A stretch of 64,000 bases of DNA from Octopus vulgaris (GCA_951406725.2 OX597816.1:136834001-136898000), one strand, 5' to 3'. Shown: positions 23,176 through 37,084, numbered from the stretch's first letter. Notes: a model not told the origin generated them from the sequence alone. A program made the numbers and translations.

Positions 23176-23341
23176 CTTTCGTTTCAGCACACGATCTCAG
23201 ATCAAATCACTTGCTATGCAAGTACATCTCCGTATATATACATATATATATGTATATATATATATATACCGGAGTAAACACATAAATGTGAAACAAGGTG
23301 GAAATAGAGTACTCAAATACCAGTGGTAGAGTACACATATA

Positions 23342-23402
<61 letters not shown>

Positions 23403-23444
23403 ATATATATATGTGTATATATGTATATATATATATATATATAT

Positions 23445-23661
23445 ATGAAGGCAGTGAACTGGCAGAATCATTAGCACACTGGGAAAAATGCTTAGCAGCA
23501 TTTCGTCCATCTTCATGCACTGAGTTCAAATTCTGCCAAGGTCAATTTTGCCTTTCATCCTTTCGAGGTCGATAAATAAAGTACCAGTGAAACACTGGGG
23601 TTAATGTAATCAACTAGTCTCCTCCCCACAAATTTCAGGCCTTGTGTCTTTAGTAGAAAGG

Positions 23662-23712
<51 letters not shown>

Positions 23713-24103
23713 TAAAATGCAGCAAACTGGCAGAATTGTCAGCACACTGGATGAAATGCTTAGCAGTATTTCACCTGTTGCTATGTTCTGAGTTCAAATT
23801 CTGCTGAGGTCGACTTTGCCTTTCATCCTTTTGGAAACAATAAATTAAGGACCAGTGAAACACTGGGGTTGATGAATTCATTTAGTCCTTGCCAAAAGCT
23901 TTTGAAAAATCAAGGTATATTACATCCACATTTGAATTGTTGAGTAACTGCCTCAACACCCAGTCATAATGTTGTAAGAGCTGGGTCAGACAGCTCCTAC
24001 CTGGTTGAAAGCCAAGTTATTTTCTTCAAAGAATGCGATTAGTTTCTCTCTTACTATCCGTTACATGACTTTGCTGATGTATGAAGTCAGAGAGATACGC
24101 CTT

Positions 24104-24147
<44 letters not shown>

Positions 24148-24533
24148 CGTATCTCTCTGACTTCATACATCAGCAAAGTCATGTAACGGATAGTAAGAGA
24201 GAAACTAATCGCATTCTTTGAAGAAAATAACTTGGCTTTCAACCAGGTAGGAGCTGTCTGACCCAGCTTTTACAACATTATGACTGGGTGTTGAGGCAGT
24301 TACTCAACAATTCAAATGTGGATGTAATATACCTTGATTTTTCAAAAGCTTTGGCAAGGACTAAATGAATTCATCAACCCCAGTGTTTCACTGGTCCTTA
24401 ATTTATTGTTTCCAAAAGGATGAAAGGCAAAGTCGACCTCAGCAGAATTTGAACTCAGAACATAGCAACAGGTGAAATACTGCTAAGCATTTCATCCAGT
24501 GTGCTGACAATTCTGCCAGTTTGCTGCATTTTA

Positions 24534-24578
<45 letters not shown>

Positions 24579-24795
24579 CCTTTCTACTAAAGACACAAGG
24601 CCTGAAATTTGTGGGGAGGAGACTAGTTGATTACATTAACCCCAGTGTTTCACTGGTACTTTATTTATCGACCTCGAAAGGATGAAAGGCAAAATTGACC
24701 TTGGCAGAATTTGAACTCAGTGCATGAAGATGGACGAAATGCTGCTAAGCATTTTTCCCAGTGTGCTAATGATTCTGCCAGTTCACTGCCTTCAT
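23445..24795. repeat. 1.35 kb near-perfect palindrome (arms 23445-24104 / 24143-24795) centred on (TA)n
   Basis: The differences I found between arms are one substitution, one homopolymer base and two (ATT) units. Each arm holds two family B SINEs and a CR1-like RT fragment. Confidence 0.95.
24143..24354 (+). mobile_element. CR1/L2/Jockey-group RT fragment (mirror copy at about 23890-24104)
   Basis: Translates, with disruptions, to RISLTSYISKVM*RIVREKL ... GFQPGRSCLTQLLQHYDWV ... VDVIYLDFSKA. Confidence 0.8.
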
Positions 24796-25329
24796 TGCTT
24801 GCTTAATAATAATAGGTCAAAAGATTTTGCTATATTTCTATAAACTTCTCACTGACACTTTCATCTCCATTTTTTTTCTTTTTACACTTAACAGTATATA
24901 ATATATTTGAAAAAGAAAGAAAAAACAAACACAACTGAAGATAATGATGTTCGTGAATATAACAATACATTTTAAAATGGCTATCACATCCCTTTTATAT
25001 ATTTCAATACACTTAGCCAGATCAAGCTACTGGTCAAACAAGTACATCACAAATATAATAATTGTTATTCGCTTTAGCATATTAAACAACCACGAGCCTT
25101 CATTTTCTATGTAACACTCACTCACACATGCACATGCACACACACACACACACACATCATATATACATATGATATGTGAATCTATATACATTTAATTTTT
25201 TTTGTCTCTCTCTCTCTTTCCTACTCCTTATAATACATGTTCTATGAATTTTATCACTTTCACCATTTCACTCCTATCAGACAGCAATAAGAAATAAAAG
25301 CATGCAAAGATAAGCATCAAATTTCTTGT

Positions 25330-25690
25330 CTTCCTATTGAAGTAAGGCTTAGATTTGAAACCGCATTAGTTCAGTAATGAGAAATAGGCCACAGTATATC
25401 AGATGCTCTGGATTCTGACAAATAGTATTTCAGCTACACTCTTACAGTTGATGGTTACAAACCGAGATTTGTTCCAAGCTCTTGTAGGTAGACGGACAGG
25501 GTATGTACAACCTGCACAACACATGTAGCAGAGGTTGAGAAGTCCCAGTGAAAATAGGCAAAGAGAATTCTTGGTTGCATCTCAACTTCGAGTTAAAAAG
25601 AATCACTTTGCCTACAATGCACTTCTCCAAGCATGTACACAGGGTATTTCTCAATTCTCATCACTCTCCTCACAAAGATGTAGTTAATCA
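25330..25690 (-). mobile_element. Dispersed decayed repeat, possibly LINE-derived; second copy at about 53430-53780
   Basis: ORFs 25442..25654 and 53316..53756 share LCTCLEKC...KVIL.N, and the DNA shares ccacag.atatcagatg and aatagtatttcagct. Confidence 0.55.
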
Positions 25691-26540
25691 AATTCTTAAC
25701 CAACATACATACATAACTCTCTATGAGTAACCAGTGATATTAGGTTCTAAACTATCTTTAATTTTTGCCACATTCATTGACTACTTTACATTCTAATGTT
25801 CAAGTTGCCCTTTTAGCCCCCACTTTAATCAATATGTTCCTATTTTCTTTAATATCCTTTTTCTGTCATGGAAGTTTAGGGCCCACTTACATGTGATGCA
25901 GCCATCTAATCCCACTCTCACCACTTACATATGAAATTTTTCATTCTTGCTTTTCTTCCCTGATAAGTAAAAAAGCCCAATAGACACTCCTTCCTCCCAC
26001 CCCTGCATAGATCATAAGCTTCATGTACCAGATACAGATCCTCCACCCCTTCCTTATCAACATTCTGCCAACTGCAGTAATAAAAAATCATAGTAAACAC
26101 TCATAACATCAGTAATGCTAATGACATCAGGGATACTTACTATTTATTGATAATAGTTGTAAATAGCACCCTTTTATGAAAGATACAGCAAGTGTTGAAG
26201 AATGAATGATTGATGTCAAAGTAAAAAAGAGGACAAACATAATAATGTGTGCAAATCTACCACCTGCTCACAAATCACAGCGTGGTTTTTCTTATTCCTC
26301 ACAGTGCAGATATCACCAAACAGTAATGGACCAGCAACCAAACAGCCTTCCCACCAAAGATATAACCCTTCTTCCTGTAGGTTCTAAAACTTGTGGGCTG
26401 CAACCATACACAAAGATATGGTGAGAAGTAAATCTGATGAGATTGTGGAAATGGTGGAGAAGAGTGTTATTTGGTTGTGTGTTATGTGCAAGAGATAAGA
26501 TGGAAAGGAACCTCAGCCAAAACTACTTACAGAAAAGAGA

Positions 26541-26786
26541 TCATCATCATCATCGTCTAGCGTCCGCTTTCCGTGCTAGCATGGGTTGGACGGTTCAACT
26601 GGGGTCTGGGAAGCCAGAAGGCTGCATCAGGCCCAGTCTGATCGGGCAATGTTTCTATGGCTGGATGCCCTTCTTACGCCAACCACTCCATGAGTGTAGT
26701 GGGTGCTTTTTACGTGCCAGACGAGGCTGGCAAACAGCCACGGTCAGATGGTGCTTTTTACGTGCCACCGGCACGGAGGCCAGGTG
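26541..26786 (-). mobile_element. RTE 3'-end fragment with (GAT)n tail
   Basis: catcatcatcgtctagcgtccgctttccgtgctagcatgggttggacgg ... gctggatgcccttc. Confidence 0.8.
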
Positions 26787-26789
26787 AGA

Positions 26790-28510
26790 TACAAATTCTT
26801 CTGGGTGAGTAATGGTAACAGTAGGAGTAGAGTAGGCAAACTGCTAGCTGAGAAATGAATAGATAAAGTAATTTAATCAGGGTATGCAATTGAATAATTA
26901 AGAAAGGTCAAGTTATAAGCAACTCAACAGGAATTTTTAAATCTCTGCATATGCCTCACAGGTAGGATAGACAGAAACACAGAAGGACCTTTGCTATGAG
27001 ACTCTACTGCAAACTACTTCAATGATGATTGACAGTGACTTCATCATCATGGTCAGTAACTTAAACAGATAAATTGGCCATGACATTGATAGCTTCTGTG
27101 ACATATATGGAGGATAAGGATATCATTCAAGAAATGGGGAGGATGTAAGGCTTCTGGAGTTCTGCTGTGATGCAACTGTTCCAACAATTTGCTAGATTCC
27201 CTCCAGGAAACCATCCAGTCACCTTATCACCTACCAATTTGGCAAACACATAAGTCAGAGAGATTATATTCCCACTTGGAAACAGTACAGAAATACTATT
27301 GTAAACATCAAAACTTTTCCTAGTAAAGAATGCACTAAGTAATATAAATAAGTGATAAGAGACTTCAGAGTCAGAACTAGGCAGACACAAAAGTGAAAGG
27401 TGATATGGTAAAGAAAGATATGGAAATTAAAGGACCCCACAATTAAGAATAGATTTTAAGGAAATTCTAATCGAAGCATATTACTATAGAGAGAAAGATT
27501 TTGATACCAGTTGCATAGATGACAGGTGAGAATTTCTGCAAAATAACATGCTTAGAGCTACAGATAATACATGAGGCTGAGGCAAAGCACAGCCTACCTG
27601 AAAGCATTGTGGTGGTGGAATGGTATAATTGATAGAGTGGTAAAGGTTAAGAGACTGGCTTGCAGAACATGGATGGGAGATGGTAGTAGGAAGCATTACC
27701 AAATGGCTAGAAGGGAAGCTAGATAACAGGTATGTCTGACAAAGGGGAAGGCAGAAATGAAGTGATTTGTGCATGTCCTGCAGCATGAGGATCAGAGGCA
27801 TGTAATGTTCTGGATTGTGAGACTGTGTGAGAGAGAATTTAGAAACCATGAGTGAGAAATGTATTTGGAATGATGAAGGCATGCTCACCATCAGTAGAGA
27901 AGATAAGAAAGTGGTGTGCACTGGAAGTAGATTCTCTTAAATACCCAGGTTGCTCACAAGAAATTGTTGATATCTTTTTTTTTTTACCTAGGAGATCTAA
28001 ATGTATAGCAGCCAATGTTAGAATAAGTTGGAAAAAGTTCTAGGTGTTACTACCACAGCTGGCTACAAAGGTTTTCTTTCCCCTCAGAGTGAAAGATAGA
28101 TTTTAGAATTGTAATGCTGCATGGTAATGAGATATAGGCTTTGAATGCAGAGGACTTGAGAAGACAGGAAACAAATGAAGTGAGCATGTTCTGTTGGCTG
28201 TGTATTGTAAGTGTGCATGAGTGACATAGAAAAAATGTATTGAGAGAAAAACTGGGCATAAGAGGAATCTGATGCAGTGTGCAAGAAAGAAAACTGCTGC
28301 ACTGGTATGGACTTGTATATGGATGAAGACAACTGAAGAAAGAAGAGTTGCCCACTTAATGTGGATGGCACTTATGGAAGAAGAGACCCCAGGAAGATAT
28401 GGGGCAAAGTGATGAAGGCTGACTCAGGACCTTGAACCTCATGCAGATGTCAAGGGACTAGGATGACTGGTGATATGTGAGTCTCAAGAAAACTCACCCA
28501 ACTCAGTGAA
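26790..28510 (+). mobile_element. Highly decayed RTE LINE (endonuclease to C-terminal remnants)
   Basis: 28000-28500 aligns with the RTE C-terminus at 59060-59600 (agaataagttggaaaaagttc, ctcagagtgaaag, gagagaaaaactgggcataagaggaatc). Confidence 0.65.
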
Positions 28511-28599
28511 AGAAAGTTCTGGAAGTGTTGTGCGTGTGTGTATATGTATATAAATATATATATATATATATATCACAATATCACACTCATAACTGATCC

Positions 28600-29290
28600 T
28601 TTTGTCCAGTTCCCTCTTCAAGACAATCCCACTATCATCTCTCTAGCTGCAGTGTTTCCTTGTAACCACTAATCTTTCTTGCTGCCCAGAAACTTTTCAT
28701 TTGTTTGTTATCCTTCATCCATTAATACAGTTTTCTCCATCCACATTTTACATCGATCACATGGCTGAACTACCAAATTTTCACCATGATATCTCTCTCT
28801 CTCTTTCTTTCTCTCACTCTCAATGCGCTATGCCTATCTTTCTCCACCCCATATTCTTGCAACCTACCCAGTCTCATGTTATCCCTCTTTCTCTCTCTCT
28901 CTCCCTTCCTTCTTTTGTCTACTGTACCCCAATATTACTATTCTGCTGCTCTTCACCCCCCATGCATCATTGGCTACACTGCACCCTATCAAACATTTAC
29001 TGCAGTCACTCCTCAAAATTTGTTCATTATTCATTATTCATTATATTCCCCTCTTCCACTATTCCCCATCTCTCACTCTCCCATATACTCTTGCAACCTC
29101 TACCCATCTGCACTCATGGTTCTGTCCCCCTACCCAGACTTCCCGTCTACTCATCACCACTATTTTAATTTTTTCCTAGCACTGCTCTGATCATTCCGAC
29201 CTTTCCTTTTGTGTTGTCATGTAGCTCCTGTTCCCTCCATTGGCCCCTTCTTGCATACTTTACGTTTCATACTTCATCTTACATAAAGCC
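28600..29290. repeat. Pyrimidine-rich low-complexity tract
   Basis: C/T-rich; overlapping ORFs in all three + frames are compositional artefacts. Confidence 0.7.
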
Positions 29291-31513
29291 ACTTCTGTTG
29301 GAGTTTGTAGTTTTGTAAGCTGTATGTTGATATTTCTAAATGCTGGTGTCATGTAAAAAGCACCCAGTACACTCTGTAATGCAGTTGGCATTAGAAAAGG
29401 TATCCAGTTGGCATTAGAAAGGGTGTCCATGTCAAAGTAGGAAGTGGAGCATGATACAGTCCTTGGACCTGTCAGATCTGGTCAAACTGTTCAATCCATG
29501 CCTGCAGGAATCATGGATACTAAATGCTATTGATGTATATTCACTCACATGCATATATCTATATACTACTAAAACTTTGTGATTGCTTGCTTGTGTGTTT
29601 GCTTGTGTACATGCTTGCCTGGAATTTAATACAGCCAAATTGGCACATAATAGGAAAATACTCTGAAAGTAAGGTACCCCTGAAATGTGAATACAAATGG
29701 AATAAAATAAGTTTCACATAAATCAGCCCATGGATTCCCAAGACACGTTTTTTGGGGGCACCCTCATAAATAGCCTAAGTGGCACATAATGGGAAAATAC
29801 TCCGAAAGTAATAACCCTAAAAAATACAAATTGTTTCTACAGTGAGTATTTAAATTTCAGCTTTCTTTAAACAGACAATATTTCAATCATTAAAAAGTAT
29901 TTTTAAATGAATATGATTTGAAAAATATGAGTTGTAAAGTAAATATTTATATTTAGCTTTCTTTAAACAGACAATATTTTAATTGTTTAGAAATATTTTT
30001 AAGTGATGATTTAAAAAAATTTTTTTTGAGGTAATAGGAATTGTTTCTAAGGTAAATACAATTTTCTATTCTTAAATCATGCCACGATGAGGAAAGAAGA
30101 AAACACCTGGTTGGTCTATAGATAGTGGGAAGAATGTGCAGCTAAGGAGAGCCAACGAAGGTGAGCAAGATAGTGGTGAACACCAACAAGATTGGGACAG
30201 GCCTGCAAATAGAAAAATCGATGAGACTGATAAAGGAGGGGCTGAGCATTTGGCAGAACAGAGGGAAAGGGACAGAAGCAAGAGAGATCAGAAATTGGAC
30301 GCTTGAAACATGAACTTGTAAACCAGACCTATGATGGCACAAATGAATTGAAATATTTAACTGAATCATCATAAAATTGACTTTAATTTCAATGCAATGT
30401 TGAAATCAGCTTTAATATTTTATAAACCTAAACTGTCGGTGACCCAATGGGTCATGGGTAGTCTAGTTGTAAATGTGAAATGGCGGAATCATTAGAATGT
30501 TGGATAGAATGCCTTGCAGTGTTTGTTTTGAAATTCTGTATTCTGAGTTCAAATCTTGCCATAGTTGACTTTGCCTTCTATTCTGTCAAGCTTGGCACAA
30601 GAAGTTTCAGGTCAGTACCAGGATTCTTTTTCCTCCATCATCATCATCATTCAAGCCTGAAGAATGATAAGGTCTGCCAGGTTTAAGATGCCCAAGCCAA
30701 CCCATATATCTTGAAGGCACCCTTACAACTCCATCATCAATTGAGAGTCATCTATCCATATATATATGGATGTGTGTATGTATATATATATGCTGTCACT
30801 TCACCCTGAATGTCACTGTTAATATATATAAGCCAATACAACCTGTCACATGGTTAGGTCATCAGAATTAAATTAGCACTTTACCACCCAGCAGCTTATC
30901 TGGTGAGCAGGGCTGCAAGATACTCAGCAGGATAAAATCAATATCTGTCAAAAGGATGGATCAACCCAGTATTGGGTCTATGTACTAAGCAAATAATGTT
31001 GGTGGATATATATTTGAGATGTGAAATGACACACAGTAAGACAACTTTGGGTATGATGAGCTCTTAAAGCTTTCAGTAATGGCAACAGGTAGCTTAAATG
31101 CATTACATACACACACACATTTGCATGTATGTGTGTATGTTTGTACTGCTTGAACTTAACGGCAATGTGTTTACATTCCTGGTAAACAATGCCTCTTGTA
31201 GCTCTGTGGTTCTGAAGACCATCAGAATAAAAAGTTCCTAATTTGAAAAAACAAATAAGGATTGGCATCAAGAAAAGCATCTAGCTGTAAAAATGCTTCT
31301 TCAGTGAATCTTCCTTCGAGCCATGCCAGCACGGGAGAATGGACAGAAAGTAAATGATCTGAAAGGTATTTGAGGACATACATGGTAATTTAATAAGACT
31401 GCTCTAATGTAGAAAATAATAAATATATTTTAATAAAAAATTGTGGATAAACTTTCTTATATTAATAATAAATCTCTGAGCGAGGTATAAACAGCAGTTG
31501 CACGAACAACATC

Positions 31514-31729
31514 GTGAAGTATATTTGCCACTTAAATGTGGCTAACCCTTTAGGGTGGATGCTACTGTAGCTTATAGCCCCAGGAGGACACCTCCTCCAG
31601 CTAGTTATTGACACACTTTCTGTGCCCTGTGTGTCAATAACCAGCTGGAGGAGGTGTCCTCCTGGGGCTACAAGCTAGTAGCATCCACCCTTAAGGGTTA
31701 GCCACATTTAAGTGGCAAATGTACTTCAC
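31514..31729. repeat. Fold-back hairpin with arms of about 100 bp and a 12-nt loop
   Basis: gtgaagtatatttgccacttaaatgtggctaaccc...ttattgacacac / gtgtgtcaataa...gggttagccacatttaagtggcaaatgtacttcac; loop at 31617-31628. Confidence 0.95.
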
Positions 31730-31759
31730 TTTCTTATATTATTCTATGAATTGACCTTA

Positions 31760-32300
31760 AGCTGTGATGACTGCTTCAGTGTGGGGCCAGAATCATTGAC
31801 ATGCCTGTACTAAATGGTCTCTATTAATTTTGGTCATCACCTGGACAATGGCAGCCTTCTGGGGAAACTATGGTATTGTGAGGATGTGGATTAGTCTCCA
31901 TTCAACGACACTCCAAACATAGTAGTCCATGGGATTTAAATCTGGCAGGTTCGGAGGTTATAAATGTGGTGTTACATGATCATAAAGATTGTTTGACATC
32001 CATTCTTGGGTTGCACGGGCTCCTCTATGCACTTAATCCATTCAGGGCTTAACCACTGTCTCCAGCAACTAAATGTATCCAACAGCATTAATTGTAAGAC
32101 CTCTGTGGAAAGGTGGCATGACATGATTTTTGTTACTCACCATGCAGTAGCTAGAAACTTAATGCGCATCACCCTGGGGACATCAGAAAGGTCTCACATA
32201 ACCATCTGTCATTTCTCCTCTTAGACTTTTGGTCTTGGTCAAAATTTCCCTCATTAGAGAAGAACCATGTTCAAACAGTTTTCCTGTGTCTTTGCAAATA
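31760..32300 (-). mobile_element. Tc1/mariner transposase remnant
   Basis: Minus strand near 31900-31955 translates PNLPDLNPMDYYVWSVVE, matching the (W)PxxSPDLNP(I/M)D motif. Confidence 0.7.
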
Positions 32301-32469
32301 TTAAATTGGCCTTTCCTTCATGAGTACAACTTGTATTGAATATCCTTTACACCACAGTTCTGAAGCTTCTTGCTGATTTTCCAGAATCATCATTGATGAT
32401 GATTCTGGCAAACAAGTAAGAGGTAAAAGATTACAAATAATATCTTGTGTTCTTTCATTTATTTTTCAT

Positions 32470-32825
32470 CTTTCTTTTACTTGTTTCAGTCATTAGACCA
32501 CAGCCATGCTGGGGCACTGTTTTCAAGAATTTTTAGTCAAAGAAAACTCCAATACTTATTTTAAGCCTGGTATTTATTCTGTTCTTTTTGCCAAACAGTT
32601 AAGTTACAGGAATGAAAACAAGTACAGATTGTCAGCAGTGGTAGGGGACAGGCACAAATACAAAGTCAGAGAGAGAGAGAGACACACACACACACCTTAA
32701 GCTTCTTTCAGTCTCCATCTACCAAATACACTCACACAAAGTTTTGGTTGACCCAGGGCTATAGACACTTGCCCAAGGTGCCTAGTAGCAGGACTGAAAC
32801 CATCTGGTTGTGAAGCAAACTTATG
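32470..32825 (-). mobile_element. SINE family A
   Basis: Same blocks as 6990-7378. Confidence 0.8.
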
Positions 32826-33445
32826 CAATTGTTTGATAATTGAATTGTAATTTTAAGATTATTGCAGACAATGATGTTTCTTAATCACCTAGAGTATCAA
32901 ATAATTTATTAGCAAAGCAGAGTTTATTTGTGTTGTGGGAAATTTTGATGAGAAAATGTACAAGATGTAATTTCTTAAGTTGTGTTTGAATAAAACCTAC
33001 TTGTTATTTGTGTGACTTATTCTGGGAAATATTGGTGAATGTGTACTTGCTGACTCTTGTGTCATGTAGAGAATTCACAAGGATACACTGCTACAGTACA
33101 CCACAGTACATAGAATCAAAGGAATAAAAGTGAAAAATTCTACTTTTACTTATCTTATCAACCATTCAAAGTCGAACCAATGAAAGAAAGCTTCTTTGTG
33201 GTTTTTTTAACCTGTTAAAAATACTGGCAAACTCTCTTTCAACTTACTACCTACCATGGAAGAACACATTGAATTATGTGGTCTTAGATACACTATCTCA
33301 AAAAGCAAAACAATATAGAGATGGTCAGTATGCCTTTATTGATAGAGCTTGATTTGAGCTTAGTGGGAACTAAGCAACAGTAACAACAACAACAAGCACC
33401 ACCTTTGAGTGTTATAGAATAAACACTATTATGTGTGCATAATGC

Positions 33446-33492
<47 letters not shown>

Positions 33493-34381
33493 TATATATA
33501 TACTTGGAAATGGATGCATGGCGTTCAATTAAACAATAATTTTGTAAGCGCAGTAACCCCCCTTGGCAGCAGGTTTAAAGAAGCTGGCCGAGAGAGGGCA
33601 TTACGCAACATTAAGGTTCAGACACTCATCTCTTCCTCTTTCTGCATTGGGACACAAGACTGTGAAGATGTAACCTAACTAGTTTTTCTCTCACACACGA
33701 CACGCCAGCTAGCAGACAGGAGCTAACACACAGGAGAAGACCATGGCCTCCACACATCAAACCATTTTCATTTATCATTCAGCTTGTATATATACATGTA
33801 TCCACATTAAAGGTATTTAAAGTCACAGCCTTGTTTTATATATTCTTTATACTAGGTTTCCTGTCAAATGAGATTACAGCCTTCTGAGTAGAGTCACATT
33901 AGATTGCTCCACAACCTATCCATCTAAAATATAAATAATATATATGTGTGTGTATGTGTTTGTGTGTGTGTGTGTGTGCGCGCACATGTGTGTGTGTGTA
34001 TATATATATATATGCATATATGGGTACAAAGTTTGGAACAAAAACAGGACAGTGGACATACAAGGAAACTGAACGAAAACAAACATGGAACGAGGGAGAA
34101 AATAGTGAACGCTGGGTGAAATATTTTCTTTGAAATGTGAAAAGATAGATGTCCAGTCATCAGAATGTTGTGTAGTAAGTGAAAGATGGTCATGTGAGAA
34201 AAAGAAAGATGGACGGTGGTCACGTGTGAGCAATGAGAGAGAGAAAAGGAGAAAGAGGGGGAGAGAGACAGATAGAAAACAGTGAAGGGGAGAAAAAAGT
34301 TTAGGTAGAGTTGCATCAAAAAGGTTATGGCAAACTTACTTGGAAATGGATGTGTGGCGTTCAATTAAATAGTAATATAAA

Positions 34382-34414
<33 letters not shown>

Positions 34415-34820
34415 GCATATATGGGTACAAACCGTCACCAACTGTAAATAACATAAAGTACGAAAACAAGCGAAGTTAAATATGCGAACAACAAGAGAAA
34501 AAATTGAAAAGAGGAAAAGTAACAGAAAGAACGACCCTTCATCAGTTGTCGGCTGTTTGTCTACTCCTCATACATATATATATATATATATGATGGGCTT
34601 CTCTCAGTTTCTGTCTACCAAATCCATTCACAAGGCTTTGGTTAGCCTGAGACCATAGTAGAAGACACTTGCCTCAAGGTGCCATGCAGTGGAACACATA
34701 ACCATGCCTGTGCAGGTGCAGGCATGTCTGTGCTTGAGCAAGTGTCTTCTAGTATAGCCCAGGGCTGAACAAAATCTTGTGAGTAGATTTGGTAGGCAGA
34801 AACTAAAAGATGCCTATCAT

Positions 34821-34950
34821 ATGCATGCATGCATGCATGCATGCATGCATGCATGCATGTATGTATGTATGTATGTATGTATGTATGTATGTATGTATGT
34901 ATGTATGTATGTATGTATGTATGTATGTATGTATGCATGCATGCATGCAT
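34821..34950. repeat. (ATGC)n(ATGT)n(ATGC)n compound microsatellite next to family A SINE fragments
   Basis: Seen directly. Confidence 0.95.
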
Positions 34951-36119
34951 ACATGCAGTACTTGGTATACTAGATCTTTTGATAATGGATATATTTTATC
35001 ACAGATGAAATTAAAAAAACCGCAAGAGAAGCTCTTGGCTCTTCGTCATTAATAGAACACATATGATGTCAGAGAGATTAAATTAGCTGTAGGATAACAT
35101 GTGTAGCACTGATAGATGTTTGGTCTAATAAAAGAAATGATGGATAAATGGCAGATAAGATTAGAAGTATTTACTAACAATTGAAATCAAATAAGCCATT
35201 GGATCTTAATTATATAAAAATTTTTGCATCTCAGCAAACAAGCAAGTGATAAAAGGTTATTGAAGAAGATAGAAGTGTGAAGAGCATGAAACAAAAGCTA
35301 TGGCAATGAAAATGTGTTCTATATGGGAAGAAAGAAAGGAGAGAAAACATCAGTAAATTATTAACCCTTTTGCTACCATATTTCTGTAGAAATTTTTAAA
35401 ATAATGAAGAATTTAGTGAAATAATTTTGTTGTTATCAAGCTGGTGTTTGGGACTTAAATTATGAAATTTTGAAGGAAGATTTTAATTTAGATCACTTTA
35501 AAATAGGAAGTCTGTATCTTAGGACCAAGTTGATCTGAAGCAAGTTGGCATTGGAAAAGTTAAAAGAGAATTAGTGGTAATGCCCGGTGTCAGAGAAGTG
35601 ATGCAATTTGGTGATGAGGGAATAATAAATGGCATACATACAAGAAAAACTGGAAGCACTTGAAAAAAGAAATAGCAAAAGAATCAGAAGAACTGAAGCT
35701 GAAGTGGTATAGTGATAAAAATCAAAAAAGGAAGTCTTTGAGAGAAAGATAACAAATACATACAGAAAAAAAAAAGTCATGGATAATTAAGTTATAACTT
35801 AGATTCCATGAAGATTTGCTCCATCATTAACCATTAGCTTGTAGGAATATATAACAGAAAGAAGTGTGTTGAAGAAACTGGTAGAGATGACAATGAATAA
35901 GAGAGAGAGAAACACATCCTCATGTACTGTCTGGGCACAAAATAGTTGTTAAGAACACACAAATGGTCTTAGTAATAGCTTGAACATATAATGAAGGATT
36001 TGTTGGAACTTATTCAGCTAAGTAGAGGTCAAGCTATTTAACGCACAAAAAAAAGTGTGGATTGTGCTGACATACTCGTGTAAACAAACAGAAAACACTA
36101 TAAAGTATATAACATTTCT

Positions 36120-36401
36120 AATTATATATATATGAGTATATTTTCATACACCTGTATTTACATAACACACACACACACATGCATGTATATATGTATGTGT
36201 GAGTATGCATTTGTTATATTTTAGGATGGTATACATATATATTATGTATATATACACATTTATATGTATGTATATATACACACACATATGTATGTATATG
36301 CAAACACACATATATATGTATGTATATACACATACATATATATGTGTATATATACCTATATATATGATGTATATGTGCATATAAACTCATATATACACCT
36401 A

Positions 36402-36436
<35 letters not shown>

Positions 36437-36556
36437 GTATATATATACTCATATATACGCACATAGATGCATATATATATGTATATATATGTATATATAT
36501 ATACACACACACACACATATATATGTATATATACTCATAAATACACACATAGATGA

Positions 36557-36587
<31 letters not shown>

Positions 36588-36588
36588 G
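36120..36588. repeat. Alternating purine/pyrimidine (AT/AC/GT) low-complexity tract
   Basis: Seen directly; source of the YIYI/HTHT ORFs. Confidence 0.9.
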
Positions 36589-36589
36589 A

Positions 36590-36899
36590 GGTGCAATGGC
36601 CCAGTGGATAGGGCAGTGGACTCACGGTTGTAGGATCGCTGTTTCGATTCCCAGACCGGGCGTTGTGAGTATTTATTGAGCAAAACCACCTAAAGCTCCA
36701 TGAAGCTCTGGCAGGGGGGTGGGTAGTGATCCCTGCTGCACTCTTTCGCTGCAACTTTCTCTCACTCTTTCTTCCATTGGCCTGCTCGCTTAGCCAGCGG
36801 GGTGGCGACATTTGAAGGCTAAAACAATGCAAAGCGCATTGTGACCAGCGATGTGTAGCAACATCTGATAGCATGGTTGGTCACGGTGATCATGGTGAT
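36590..36899 (+). mobile_element. tRNA-derived SINE sharing its head with 4029 but with a different tail
   Basis: ggtgcaatggcccagtggatagggcagtggactcacgg...cccagaccgggcgttgtg; diverges from 4029 after caactttctctcact. Confidence 0.8.
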
Positions 36900-36914
36900 A
36901 TATATATATATATA

Positions 36915-37084
36915 CCATATTTTAACATGTATAAGGAATCCTTGTGTATAAGGAACCCCTTAATTTTGGAAAAAAGGTTTTGTAAGGGATTATAATACTA
37001 TCCATGTATAAGAAACTCCCATATCTTTTTAATCTAATTTTTGACAAAAAAAAAAGGGGGTTCCTTATACACGTTAGAATACAG
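36915..37084. mobile_element. Tc1/mariner (pogo/Tigger-like) MITE
   Basis: TA|CCATATTTTAACATGTATAAGGAA ... TTCCTTATACACGTTAGAATACAG|TA. Confidence 0.7.

Noticed and set aside
31514-31729. HDV-like or twister ribozyme in the hairpin arm
   Set aside because: UCCUCC resembles an HDV L3 loop, but P1, P2 and P4 could not be built, and twister pseudoknots are absent.
34110-34170. CUGAUGA...GAAAAUAUUU on the minus strand
   Set aside because: The intervening sequence does not form stem II and the flanks do not pair as stem I.
34525-34570. CUGAUGAAGGG hammerhead 5' half on the minus strand
   Set aside because: No stem II closure or GAAA/UH half could be found.
36120-36690. [12 protein letters not shown] ORFs (also at 10458, 23197-23575, 33433-34364, 34642-35052, 43370, 51169, 55365, 56143)
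   Set aside because: Translations of stop-free microsatellites.
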